Shown piece by piece: positions 29,396 to 38,768 of a stretch of 64,000 nucleotides of DNA. Both the position numbers and the translations under genes were made by a program. Source of the DNA: Candidatus Omnitrophota bacterium (GTDB taxonomy: Bacteria; Omnitrophota; Omnitrophia; Omnitrophales; Aquincolibacteriaceae); the NCBI GenBank assembly GCA_022711115.1, contig JAKLFP010000001.1, forward strand, positions 389,183 to 453,182. Direction: 5' to 3'. The notes under the pieces are model-generated. The model was given only the letters and a program-made list of their open reading frames with translations. It made no database searches and was not told the DNA's origin. How positions within the stretch are numbered: the stretch's first letter is position 1; every line of letters starts with the position of its first letter.

Positions 29396-30229
29396 CTAGG
29401 CTGGCGGCAAAGGACATTTCCCGCATAGCGGGTATCTTCTTCTCATTCCCTGTTCTAAATCTTTGATCATCTGAATATGCTTTGAAGAATACCAGATATC
29501 TTTAATCGGGATATGAAAGGCATTCCCTAAATGATATGCCGCCTGCATATCTTCGCAGCAAAGCGCCGTCTCGCCGTCATAGTGGACTATAAACCGTATG
29601 GACGGACGCCTGCAGGGCGCTGACGGGTACGCCTTTTTTTCTCTGATCATTCTTCTGTCGTATTCGACAAAGTTCCTTGGATAAACAAATTCCTTTTGTG
29701 AAAAATAAACCTGAGTGTCTTTCAGCTTTTTTTCCCAAAAGGCTTTTTCACCAGAAAGTTCTGCCTCCGACTTGTGGTCATAAAGACCTACAACGATATA
29801 ATCAAAGACCGCGGCGGCTTCCCTTGCCAGCTTCTCATTGGACCTTAGCACATCCCCGTTGGTGTGTTCATAAACACGCATGCCTCTTTTCCGGGCTTCC
29901 CATGCCATAGCAATGATCCGTTCATCCAGAAAGGGCTCGCTATGGTGATGAAAAGAAACCTGCCCGCTAAAGCCCATCTCCCGGGCCTGGTCGAGGATGC
30001 TCAGGGCTTTTTCTGTTGGCATCCTGGCGGCAACATGGCTTCCATCTCCATGTTTTCTCTTTCCCGACGCATCTCCATGACGCGGACAGAAAAAACAGTC
30101 GCGATTGCAATCCGCCTGCAGTTCGAGGAGCAGCTTTTGGAACAAAGCTATTTCGTGTTTTTCTTTTTTAAAAAATTTTTTGCTGAGAACGGATAAACCG
30201 CGCCCTATAAAACCGTGGCTGCTGCGCAT
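29396..30229 (-). CDS. small radical SAM protein with SPASM/twitch-like C-terminus (paralog B)
   Basis: CNRDCFFC (CX3CX2C); C-terminal ...DGETALCCEDM...GNAFH..IKDIW...CGKCP. Confidence 0.65.
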   Translation of the reverse strand: MRSSHGFIGRGLSVLSKKFFKKEKHEIALFQKLLLELQADCNRDCFFCPRHGDASGKRKHGDGSHVAARMPTEKALSILDQAREMGFSGQVSFHHHSEPFLDERIIAMAWEARKRGMRVYEHTNGDVLRSNEKLAREAAAVFDYIVVGLYDHKSEAELSGEKAFWEKKLKDTQVYFSQKEFVYPRNFVEYDRRMIREKKAYPSAPCRRPSIRFIVHYDGETALCCEDMQAAYHLGNAFHIPIKDIWYSSKHIQMIKDLEQGMRRRYPLCGKCPLPPA

Positions 30230-30367
30230 CTTTGGCCGCCCATTTCCTTTCTTGTCTTTCCGGAATTTATTTTTATCCGGTCAAGGCTTTTTGAGCGATC
30301 GGCTTCATTTTTTCGGTTCGTTTTTTAATCAAGGATTTGTCCTCGCATTTCCCGTGCTGGAATTGGG

Positions 30368-31318
30368 TCATTTTCTAGGATTCATTTTTAATTCGAAAGA
30401 CCGGCAACATTTGCTTTGTTCCAAGAAAAAATCATAAAGGTGAAAATGGTTAAAAACAGCCTTGATTTGTTCGTCATTTCCTCCGCCAAAATTATGGTCC
30501 CACAACCTGGTCTTCTGTGATCCCGGCACTACCGGCAGACTATCATCGTTAAACAAAGCTTTTACCTTTCTGTGGGGGATCCTGTTAAGCGCGGCCATGG
30601 CTTTTAGCCAGATATCGTCAGCTTTAGGACACAGTCTTAAAAACAATTCTTTGTTTAGAACCTCCTCGTGCAAAAGCCCGGGAGGATACAGAATGCCTCC
30701 TACCCCTGTGGCAAATAAAAAATGGCTGGGATCCGTGATGCCGGGCGAAAAGAAATTCCATTCGTGATACTTTTTAAAAGTTCCTGAAGCATCCAACAGC
30801 ATTTGATGGGCACGATAACAGATGATGCTTTTGGGATCGCGCCGGTGAGTTTCGTATAGCCCTTCGAGCCAGTCGGGGGCATAAATTCGATCGTCATCGC
30901 AGGTGGCAATGAGATCCTCCGGATTTTCCTTAAAGGCGTAGTAGTATTTTGTGTGAGGGCCTATATCTTCACAGAACCGTATCGTCAGACCGCGCCGGGC
31001 CTGCCGCCGAAGCCATGCCGGGATATCTTGTTCCCGGAGAGACTTGGAAAGCCAAAGGAAAATGGCATTTGGTTTTTTTGTTTGGCGTAGAAGAGACTCT
31101 ATCGTCATATAAAGCATAGGCAAACGGCTTGGGACTGTTGTCAGAGAAATAATAATCCGCGGACCTTTTAAGAGAAGGCTTATTCCGCTTTTTCTTCCTG
31201 TGTTTGCCCTTAAGAAACAAAGGATTTGAAAGAGAAACAGGAGACACGGTAAAACGAATTTTTTTCTGGCCCCTTTGTAAACGGCTTTTGCTGCCTTGGA
31301 GAGGTTGAGGGAATTCAT
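30368..31318 (-). CDS. putative GT-A fold glycosyltransferase (unclassified)
   Basis: N-terminal TM; ISLTTVPSR motif; DxD-like CDDD; no confident family assignment. Confidence 0.4.
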   Translation of the reverse strand: MNSLNLSKAAKAVYKGARKKFVLPCLLFLFQILCFLRANTGRKSGISLLLKGPRIIISLTTVPSRLPMLYMTIESLLRQTKKPNAIFLWLSKSLREQDIPAWLRRQARRGLTIRFCEDIGPHTKYYYAFKENPEDLIATCDDDRIYAPDWLEGLYETHRRDPKSIICYRAHQMLLDASGTFKKYHEWNFFSPGITDPSHFLFATGVGGILYPPGLLHEEVLNKELFLRLCPKADDIWLKAMAALNRIPHRKVKALFNDDSLPVVPGSQKTRLWDHNFGGGNDEQIKAVFNHFHLYDFFLEQSKCCRSFELKMNPRK

Positions 31319-31323
31319 AGCGT

Positions 31324-32247
31324 TTATTGTTCTCGCTTATATTCTTGAATCTTAAAGCCGAAAAGCCCCAGATACATGCCGGCTCCTATCAATAACATTC
31401 TGAGCCCTTTGAGGGTTCGGGCGTAGCCATAAAAAGGGCTCGAAAGAAGAAGTGTTATGCCACCCCACATGAATTGACCTCCCCGTTTAAGGCAAAAGAA
31501 GAGGCCTTCCAGTTCGCGTTGGACCAGATAATCTCCAATCCCGGATCTTAAAAACCGCCTGCAGATCCATCCGAGACGGGCTCTTTCCTCCGGAATCCAG
31601 TCATAAACGATCGCGTTAGCGGCCCAAACCCCCCGATAACCCACCTTGAACAGTCTTCGAAAAAACGACATGTCGCTTCCGCCGCTAACGGCAAGGCAAG
31701 GGTCGAATCTAAAATCTATTTCCTCAAGAAGCTTTGTTCGAATCATGACGTTATTGGTGGCGGCTGTGGTCAAAGGTTTTCCATCAGGATGTCTCGGGGA
31801 CTGCAAAAATCCTCCCTTGATAAGCCATTCCGGAGCTGAGGTTTCAAATTTTGCGACAATAGGCCCGGCGACCACATCCGCTGTGTGTTTTTTCTGCATC
31901 AACAAAAGCTCGTCAAGCCAGTGGGGAGAAGGCTCTTCGTCATCATCTATAAAAGCAACGAAATCCGTTTTTTTTTCGGCCCATTTCAGGGCTAAATTTC
32001 GGGCGTGCGGAATGCCTGGCGCGGATTCTTCCAAACAAAAGATCTTCCAGGGAGAGGTTTTTTCCATCGAATGACATATTTCCCGAACTTTTGGATCCGG
32101 CCCATTATCCACAACAACAATGGCTATGTCCGGGATCTCATTCTTGATAAAAGCAAGTCCCTCTAAAGATGCCAGGAGTCTCCGGAGCGGTTCGGGACGC
32201 TTGTAAGTGCAAATGCAAATGGCTATGCTTATGTTTTGTCCGCTCAT
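31324..32247 (-). CDS. family-2 glycosyltransferase
   Basis: ISIAICICTYKRPEPLRRLLASLEG...IAIVVVDNGPD...FIDDDE; similar to the N-terminal half of 43065-44966. Confidence 0.7.
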   Translation of the reverse strand: MSGQNISIAICICTYKRPEPLRRLLASLEGLAFIKNEIPDIAIVVVDNGPDPKVREICHSMEKTSPWKIFCLEESAPGIPHARNLALKWAEKKTDFVAFIDDDEEPSPHWLDELLLMQKKHTADVVAGPIVAKFETSAPEWLIKGGFLQSPRHPDGKPLTTAATNNVMIRTKLLEEIDFRFDPCLAVSGGSDMSFFRRLFKVGYRGVWAANAIVYDWIPEERARLGWICRRFLRSGIGDYLVQRELEGLFFCLKRGGQFMWGGITLLLSSPFYGYARTLKGLRMLLIGAGMYLGLFGFKIQEYKREQ

Positions 32248-32286
32248 TTTTTATTGAACCATCCTTGCGCTCAAAGACAGAAGGAA

Positions 32287-32652
32287 TTACCGCGATATGC
32301 CGGACCGCCGATAGCGATCTATCGTATCGTCCACAGACGGATAAGAAGCCACCTCTCCGTTCACATCAACAACCGGATAAAGATAGTAGCCGGTGTCCAG
32401 GCCGGCCTTTTCCATGCGCGAATACATTTCGCTTTGTGCGTTCGCATCGTTAATATCTTTGAATGTATAGGGGATTTTTTCTTTATTTAAGGCACGCTTG
32501 AACTTCTGGCAGGCGGAGCAATTTTCCATGCCATAGAGGGTGACGTAGGCATTGCCGGATACCGGCTCTGCAGGGCGGAATTTTCCGTGGGCAACACATC
32601 CCGTCAACATCAGTCCGGTAAGCATGAAAAGAAGCGGCTGTTTGAATATCAT
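32287..32652 (-). CDS. lipoprotein with glutaredoxin/thioredoxin-like CxxC fold
   Basis: Lipobox LTGC; YGMENCSACQKFKRALNKEKIPYTFKDI. Confidence 0.5.
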   Translation of the reverse strand: MIFKQPLLFMLTGLMLTGCVAHGKFRPAEPVSGNAYVTLYGMENCSACQKFKRALNKEKIPYTFKDINDANAQSEMYSRMEKAGLDTGYYLYPVVDVNGEVASYPSVDDTIDRYRRSGISR

Positions 32653-32708
32653 AAAGGTCCTTTTTCTTTTAAGTCTTTCTTCCTGATTCCCGTTTTAAAA
32701 TGAGCCTC

Positions 32709-32975
32709 TCAGAAAAGAGATAGGGGTAAAAGTTTTAATAAAATCCAAAGGATGCCTGCTATGGCAACCATAAAAAGTATCAGCAGAAGGCCTTTGAATA
32801 TGCGGAAAACCCAACGGCCTGCATACATAAAAATGAAAATAAAAAGCGAGATCTTAAAATGAATCCCGGCTTCACTTGAAAAATTTTTTTCCAAAAAAAT
32901 AAAAAGCGACAGTGCGGTGATAAAAAAACCAATAAGGATTAGTCCCTCTCTCACCAAGGCTTTTTTAACATTCAT
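32709..32975 (-). CDS. small integral membrane protein
   Basis: 88 aa, three hydrophobic helices; no other support. Confidence 0.3.
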   Translation of the reverse strand: MNVKKALVREGLILIGFFITALSLFIFLEKNFSSEAGIHFKISLFIFIFMYAGRWVFRIFKGLLLILFMVAIAGILWILLKLLPLSLF

Positions 32976-33171
32976 CCCGTCATCCTATCCCGTTTTCCTG
33001 AGAATAGGGCGATTATACTCCCGCAAAAATAAACTGCCTAGCGCAGATCCATCAAGAAAAGCTTTTAGAACACGATTGGATTAAAACTGGTTTTTGACAG
33101 TCGCTTTTTATTCAATTTCGCGACAAGCGCGTTTGAGAATTCTTTTTGAGGCGTGGGCTCAATGTCGTTTT

Positions 33172-36100
33172 TTAGAAGTCGAACCGTATCGTACCGTAAT
33201 AATTCTGGCTGGAGTATTTTTCTTTGATCTCCCAATCCCAGTTCGCCGTCAGCGTCATATTCCCTTTGCTTAAAAACGCGATCTCGCCGCCAAACAGAAT
33301 GCCGCTTCGCGCCGGTTTCGGACCATTTGTTTTGAAGGAAGGGCCGCCCCCCTGGAAAGAGGAAGTCGTTTCAAACTTGTCGCCGATATAATCATAAAGC
33401 CAGGCAACCTTGAGAGCGGGAATAAGCGTCCCGATGTTGGGCGACACATCTTCCAGCAGGAACGGATAAGCCAACTTCATCCCGAGCCCTTGTTCCAGAA
33501 AGTTGTAGCCCTGGCCGTTTACGTTCAGATTTAAAGCCCCTGCCCCTTTTTCTTTGTAGGCATTCTGGTAAAGATAGCTGTATTGAAGGGACGTAAACGG
33601 AGTCACCTGTAAATTCCTCGTGATATCAAAAAGAAAAGTGTAGCCTAGTTCGTAGCGGGTGGAATATTCCTGCGCATTAGAATCGTTCGTGGCAGTACGG
33701 CTGGTCGAACCGAGATAGATCGAGCGGCTGCCGTCATAGTGATTTTGTGTAAAGGCGGCCATACCGTCCACGTACCACGAATTTTCCCATGGGTCACGAA
33801 ATCCGCCTTTGACGCCTCTTTCAATTTCCGGTTCCTTGTCAAGAAGGAGAGAGTCATAACTCCCGTAAATCTGAGCCTGCCAGCTGTTAATGCTGGTTTT
33901 GGGGGTCCCGGGAGTTCTGGATCTTACATTCCCGTAACCATAGCCGCCCGCAAGGCCAAGTCTCGTGTGGCTGCCGAAAAGCTTATCGATGCCAAGTGTA
34001 GTCCCAAAAGTATAGACCCGGTATCCCTCGATTCCGTGATTGGCGTCTTGATGCGCGAAGCTTCCCAGTCCCTGCGCCCAAAAACCGATTCCATGAAATC
34101 CATCTCCTGTTGAAATGCCGGTACGCACACCCGCCTGCCGGTTGCTTACCATGCCATAAAACTGGTTAGCAATTTCGCGGGCACCTTGCATCGCTGCGCC
34201 ATTCGGGTCTGGGTACAGGGTATCGAGCGCATCTTCCAACTGCGTGCTGTCAAGACCATCCAAGGTCGCAAGGACAGAAAGCATATCGCTGTTTGTGGTC
34301 GTTTCACCGACAACTTCAAGGGCTGTTCCTGCCGCTGCGGCGTTCCCGTTTGTCGCGACATTCGCATAGGGCTGGGCACGATTTGCCGTCAAAATAAGAT
34401 CTCCTGATGAAGCGGCGGCAGAGAAGGTCAAGTGCGATGAGTTGGTTGTGATGGTTGACGGAACATTCATTCCCCCGCCGCCGGCACCGCCGGCGCCGTG
34501 AATGACTGTGAATGTGGTCCCGCTTGGAATATAAGTATTATCAATGGTCAAATTCAGCGTGCTGGTTGTGTTTAAAGCCGCGGTCCCGGTCGCGGCAATA
34601 TTGCCAAATACGGAGGCGCTGTTGATGGTCAGGTTCATTGTGGTGCTCGCCGCAGAGGCATCATAATTACCGTTCACGGTCAATGTATTCGCCCCCAAAG
34701 CAACCCCTCCGTTGGCGGCCACCACAAGATTTCCTGTCACCGCATGAGAACCGCCCATCGAAAGCCTGGCGCCTTTGTTGATCGTTGTGGTGGTTGCATA
34801 GATGTTATGGTTAAGAACAACCGTACCTCCGTCCGTAACTCCATCGCCAAGATTGACGGCCTTCAGGTGATTGGCCACTCCTGTCGCGCCAAGATCCCCG
34901 CCTGTGGCAGAACTTCCTAAAAAGGTCAGTGTTCCGGCCGTCCCTCCTGATGTATTTGTCACTGTTCCAAAAATGCCTTTTCCGGCCGCAAGTTTGACGG
35001 TCCCGTCCGCAGCGAAAACAACATTGGAAGAGGCTGTCGCGCTTCCCACATTCCCGTTAAAATTCGCCGTTCCTGTGCTGTCTATGGTTGTCGTTGTGGC
35101 ATAAATATCTGCGCTAAAAGTAGCCGCCACCAAAGCGGCATCCATTTCAATGGCTTTCAGCCGCGCCCCACCGGTCCCCACTTGTCCCGTGATGGTTGAA
35201 GTCCCTCCGGCCAATTCCAAAGTCCCTGTGTTCGCTGTAGCGGTGGTGACCGCGGCGGTAATGTTTTTTCCGGAAGCTAGTATGACCGTATTGTCCGCCC
35301 CATAATTCAAAGTTGTGCCGGTCAAGCTTCCGTTTAAATTCACATCTCCTGTACCGCTCACGGTGGTCGTAACAGCGTAAACATCGTTTTGGAATGTGGC
35401 GGCAGCCGCCAGGGCAACATCAACCTCGATAGCCTTCAAACGATTCGTAGTAGTCCCTATTTGTCCGTTAATAGTCGATCCGTCTCCAGCCTGCAAGGTT
35501 CCTGTGTTGGTTGTACCGGTTGTGATGGCGGCTGTAATTGTTTTATTGTCAGCCAAATTGACGGTGCCGTCTCCGGCAAAATTCAAGGTTGTTCCGGTCA
35601 GGCTGCCATTCAAGTCGACCGTCCCGGTGCCAGTCACGGAAGTAGTCGTGGCATAAACATCGCCTGCAAAGGTTGCCGTCTTCCCCGTCGCTCCCGCATT
35701 GACTGCCGCGAGAGCTGCATTTCCCGCCGCGCCTACCTGCCCGGTTACGGTGGAGGTCCCGGAAAGTGTTAATGTTCCGGCCGCGCTTCCGGAAGTGTTT
35801 GTTACCGCCGGAGTAATGTTTTTGCTGTCCGCAAGAACGACTGTTCCGTTGCCTCCAAAAACTAATCCCGAAGAAGTTGTCAGACTTTCATTCAGATTTA
35901 ATGTTCCTGCGTTGACGGTGGTGGCGCCAGTATAAAGATTTGCTCCGGCTAAAGTAAGCGTGCCGGCGCCGGTTTTGGTGAGTCCTCCGGTTGTCGCACC
36001 CGAAGCTCCGCTCAAGGTCAGATTATTGGTGGTAATATTAAAAACAGCCGTTTTCCCTGCAACGATAGTGAAGTTGCGGTCCGTACTGGCAGTGCTTCCA

Positions 36101-37812
36101 GTATAAGAAAGAGTGCCTCCGTCAAACACCAGATTGGCTGCAGCATTTGTGGCCTGCCCCAGGTTACCTGCTTCTCCACCATTGCCAATCGTTCCGACGC
36201 TTACGGTCCCATTGCTAAGAGTGGTCACCCCTGAAAAAGTATTGGTGCCGGTTAAAACAAGCGTCCCAGTCCCCGATTTGGTCAAACCTCCTGTCCCGCT
36301 CATGATGCCGGCATAGGTCGTGTTGTTCGTATCGCCAGTCGTCAGGGTGAAGCTTTGCAGATTAACATTCCCGCCACTTGCGCCGCCGCCCGCTAGAGAT
36401 CCTATCGTTTCATTTGCATTCAACTGGAGCGTGGCGCCAGCGGTATTATTTAAAGAAACCGCTCCGCTATCAGCAATGGCCGCACCGCCCGTCAGAACCA
36501 AGGTCCCCCCGCTGACAGTCGTTGTCCCGGTATAAAGATTGGTGCCGCTTAAGGTCAGCGTGCCTGCGCCTGTCTTCGTCAAGGCGCCGTTCGTGGCAAC
36601 CGCCGAGCCTGACATCGTCAGGTTATTTGTTGTGACATCGATCGTCGCTGTCTTGTCGGTATTGATGGTAAAATTGCGGTCCGTGCTTGCGGTAGTGCCC
36701 GTATATTGAAGTGTTCCTCCGTTAAAAACCAGGTTAGCTGCTGCGTTCGTAGCCTGGCCTAAATTTCCAGACGCGCCACCATTTCCAATGGTCGCAACGC
36801 TTAAAGTCCCAGCCGTCATGGTCGTCACACCGGTAAAGGTATTAACGCCGCTCAAAGTCAGCGCCCCGCTTCCTGCTTTAGTAAGGCCAACAGTATCGGC
36901 ACTGCCTCCGCTGCCGTTCTCTATAACACCAGAAAAGACCGTCGAGGTGTTGTCTCCTCCTGCCGTTAAAGTCACAGAGCTTAACGTCCCGCTTCCGCTG
37001 GTAACAGTTCCATTCCCCGCCAATGAACCGATGGTTTCACTAACGCCATTCATGTCCAAAAACGCCCCCCCAGCAACCGTGACTGCGCTAGCATTTGAAA
37101 TCACGTCTGCCGTACCAAGTGACAAAGTTCCTGCACTGATGGTCGTTGCACCAGTGTAGGTATTAGCTCCGGATAGGGTTAATGTCCCTGCCCCGCTTTT
37201 GGTCAAAGCCACTTGACCGCTGGCGCCATCGTCAATAATGCCTCCGATATCGACGCCGCCTGCGGCTGAGGTGACTGCTAGAGTCATAAGATGGGAAGCT
37301 CCTCCTGAGTCTGAACCCGTGATATCTCCATCAATTGTCAGTGAGTTTGTCGTGCTGTTGTTGGTCACGGCAAAAGTTTGGGTCGATCCCTCTGTGCCAA
37401 GAGTCAGATTTGCATCAAATGTTTGGTCTTGATTAACATTGGCATTCATCGTGATAGCGCCGCCGTTAGCTAGTATGAGCGTATCAGCTCCGGCTCCTCC
37501 CGCGCCAATCGTGTAGGCCGCAATAGGGCCATGGGCAGCCCCTCCAGGATCATCATTATCGAAAAGAATATTTAAAACCGTTTGGGTTCCAGCAAGATCA
37601 ATCGTCGTATTTCCATTTCCTGTGCCGTTAAATGTCGCTGTATCTGCGGCGCCCGGCACGGATCCGGGTGCATTGCTCCAGTTTCCGGTGGTATCAGACC
37701 AGGTGGCATCTGTTGTTCCCACCCAGTTGGCACTGGCACCAAAAACGGGAACAGGAACCGCAAGGCTTATAGCGAGAATAGAAAGGATCGCGATGAATTT
37801 TTTCATAATCAA
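33172..37812 (-). CDS. type Va autotransporter (1546 aa) with long beta-helical passenger domain and C-terminal beta-barrel
   Basis: Signal peptide; many repeats like GAGTLTLSGANTYTGATTISAGTLSLG; C-terminal barrel ending ...RFDF; high GC. Confidence 0.7.
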   Translation of the reverse strand: MIMKKFIAILSILAISLAVPVPVFGASANWVGTTDATWSDTTGNWSNAPGSVPGAADTATFNGTGNGNTTIDLAGTQTVLNILFDNDDPGGAAHGPIAAYTIGAGGAGADTLILANGGAITMNANVNQDQTFDANLTLGTEGSTQTFAVTNNSTTNSLTIDGDITGSDSGGASHLMTLAVTSAAGGVDIGGIIDDGASGQVALTKSGAGTLTLSGANTYTGATTISAGTLSLGTADVISNASAVTVAGGAFLDMNGVSETIGSLAGNGTVTSGSGTLSSVTLTAGGDNTSTVFSGVIENGSGGSADTVGLTKAGSGALTLSGVNTFTGVTTMTAGTLSVATIGNGGASGNLGQATNAAANLVFNGGTLQYTGTTASTDRNFTINTDKTATIDVTTNNLTMSGSAVATNGALTKTGAGTLTLSGTNLYTGTTTVSGGTLVLTGGAAIADSGAVSLNNTAGATLQLNANETIGSLAGGGASGGNVNLQSFTLTTGDTNNTTYAGIMSGTGGLTKSGTGTLVLTGTNTFSGVTTLSNGTVSVGTIGNGGEAGNLGQATNAAANLVFDGGTLSYTGSTASTDRNFTIVAGKTAVFNITTNNLTLSGASGATTGGLTKTGAGTLTLAGANLYTGATTVNAGTLNLNESLTTSSGLVFGGNGTVVLADSKNITPAVTNTSGSAAGTLTLSGTSTVTGQVGAAGNAALAAVNAGATGKTATFAGDVYATTTSVTGTGTVDLNGSLTGTTLNFAGDGTVNLADNKTITAAITTGTTNTGTLQAGDGSTINGQIGTTTNRLKAIEVDVALAAAATFQNDVYAVTTTVSGTGDVNLNGSLTGTTLNYGADNTVILASGKNITAAVTTATANTGTLELAGGTSTITGQVGTGGARLKAIEMDAALVAATFSADIYATTTTIDSTGTANFNGNVGSATASSNVVFAADGTVKLAAGKGIFGTVTNTSGGTAGTLTFLGSSATGGDLGATGVANHLKAVNLGDGVTDGGTVVLNHNIYATTTTINKGARLSMGGSHAVTGNLVVAANGGVALGANTLTVNGNYDASAASTTMNLTINSASVFGNIAATGTAALNTTSTLNLTIDNTYIPSGTTFTVIHGAGGAGGGGMNVPSTITTNSSHLTFSAAASSGDLILTANRAQPYANVATNGNAAAAGTALEVVGETTTNSDMLSVLATLDGLDSTQLEDALDTLYPDPNGAAMQGAREIANQFYGMVSNRQAGVRTGISTGDGFHGIGFWAQGLGSFAHQDANHGIEGYRVYTFGTTLGIDKLFGSHTRLGLAGGYGYGNVRSRTPGTPKTSINSWQAQIYGSYDSLLLDKEPEIERGVKGGFRDPWENSWYVDGMAAFTQNHYDGSRSIYLGSTSRTATNDSNAQEYSTRYELGYTFLFDITRNLQVTPFTSLQYSYLYQNAYKEKGAGALNLNVNGQGYNFLEQGLGMKLAYPFLLEDVSPNIGTLIPALKVAWLYDYIGDKFETTSSFQGGGPSFKTNGPKPARSGILFGGEIAFLSKGNMTLTANWDWEIKEKYSSQNYYGTIRFDF

Positions 37813-38295
37813 AGGATTCTTATGAGGATTAAGGATGTTCCCCTTTTTTAATTAAATATTTTCTTTTGATTTCAGTTTGCCGCTTTAAAATTGCCGTTAA
37901 GGGTTCGAAAAATATTTTCCATAGATCTCTGAAATCTTTTTAGAAATCTCTGTGTTTTTATCGTCTTTTATTTGTACCGGCTTAATCAAAATCTTGGCTG
38001 GAAAGGACTTACAACAGTTAGTGCGGAATGTTTTTGGGAGGGAAGCTGTCATGGATACTCCTGCTTTTTCGCACAGAAGAACCTTTTGTAGCTATGATCA
38101 TCTCTCACTGCTGGGCGGTTTAAAAAACGGAGGCGGAGAAATTTGGCTCCTCGGCTTCGCCTCGGTAGGCCACTCGCCCTGCGAATATGCCATCAAGGCA
38201 TTTTCGCTTGCAGGGCTTCTCTTCAAATCCCCTCACGACACCGTAGACGGGCTTCTCTGAAGCCGTCACGGTGCCGTCATTTTTAAAAAGAAAAA

Positions 38296-38389
38296 TGGCG
38301 GAGAGGGGGGGATTTGAACCCCCGGTGACGCTTTCGCGCCACAGCGGTTTAGCAAACCGCCGCACTAAACCGGGCTATGCGACCTCTCC
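38296..38389 (-). tRNA. tRNA-Ser (anticodon GCU)
   Basis: Manual fold: acceptor GGAGAGG..., anticodon stem GCGGT/ACCGC with loop TTGCTAA, long variable arm, T-arm GGGGGTTCAAATCCCCC, encoded CCA. Confidence 0.85.
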
Positions 38390-38538
38390 GCGAATTGTTT
38401 TCTTCCTTGTCCGGACTTTGTCCATTTTGACCTGCCGGCATTATGTTCTTTAAGCCTCCGTTTGGCAGAATCATCATGGCTTGAACCGGCATAATGTTTT
38501 CCTGTTTTTTGACTTCGTAAAATATAAACGCAAGCCAT
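38365..38538 (-). pseudogene. truncated GIY-YIG nuclease-family gene (YhbQ/UPF0213-like); 3' end runs into tRNA-Ser
   Basis: MACVYILRSQKTGKHYAGSSHDDSAKRRLKEHNAGRSKWTKSG matches the GIY-YIG core; expected C-terminal part absent; last 25 nt overlap the tRNA 5' end. ORF track start at 38559 is a TTG. Confidence 0.5.
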
Positions 38539-38585
38539 TTGTTTTCGCACTTCCGCCAAAGGCGGATCCGCCTCCAGCGGAAAAC

Positions 38586-38607
38586 CGGGCTATGCGACCT
38601 CTCCGCA
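38586..38607 (-). repeat. orphan 22-nt copy of the tRNA-Ser(GCU) 5' end (GGAGAGGTCGCATAGCCCGGTT), direct repeat with 38368-38389
   Basis: Exact 22/22 identity with the tRNA 5' end, diverging at the D-loop; followed by the palindrome GGCGGATCCGCC. Confidence 0.7.
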
Positions 38608-38768
38608 AATATCCGTCCTTCATCTGCAAAACAAAGTTCTTTCGAGGTATTTTCTTAGAAACGCTGAAATTATAAGGGTTTCCGTTATTATTGCAAAAGA
38701 TATTCCTTTTTAAATATTCCTTTACAGAGTTTAAGGTAGAATAGCCGCATTAAGGAGTTGCATAAACC

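Noticed and set aside
34871-37432. Multiple plus-strand ORFs (P/V/A-rich, 64-127 aa) inside the autotransporter gene
   Set aside because: Antisense shadow ORFs of a repetitive Gly/Thr/Ala-rich gene; no start context or motifs
37952-38365. ORFs of 102 aa (+) and 81 aa (-) between the autotransporter and tRNA-Ser
   Set aside because: They lie in the autotransporter promoter region, have no motifs and mutually overlap; probably non-coding
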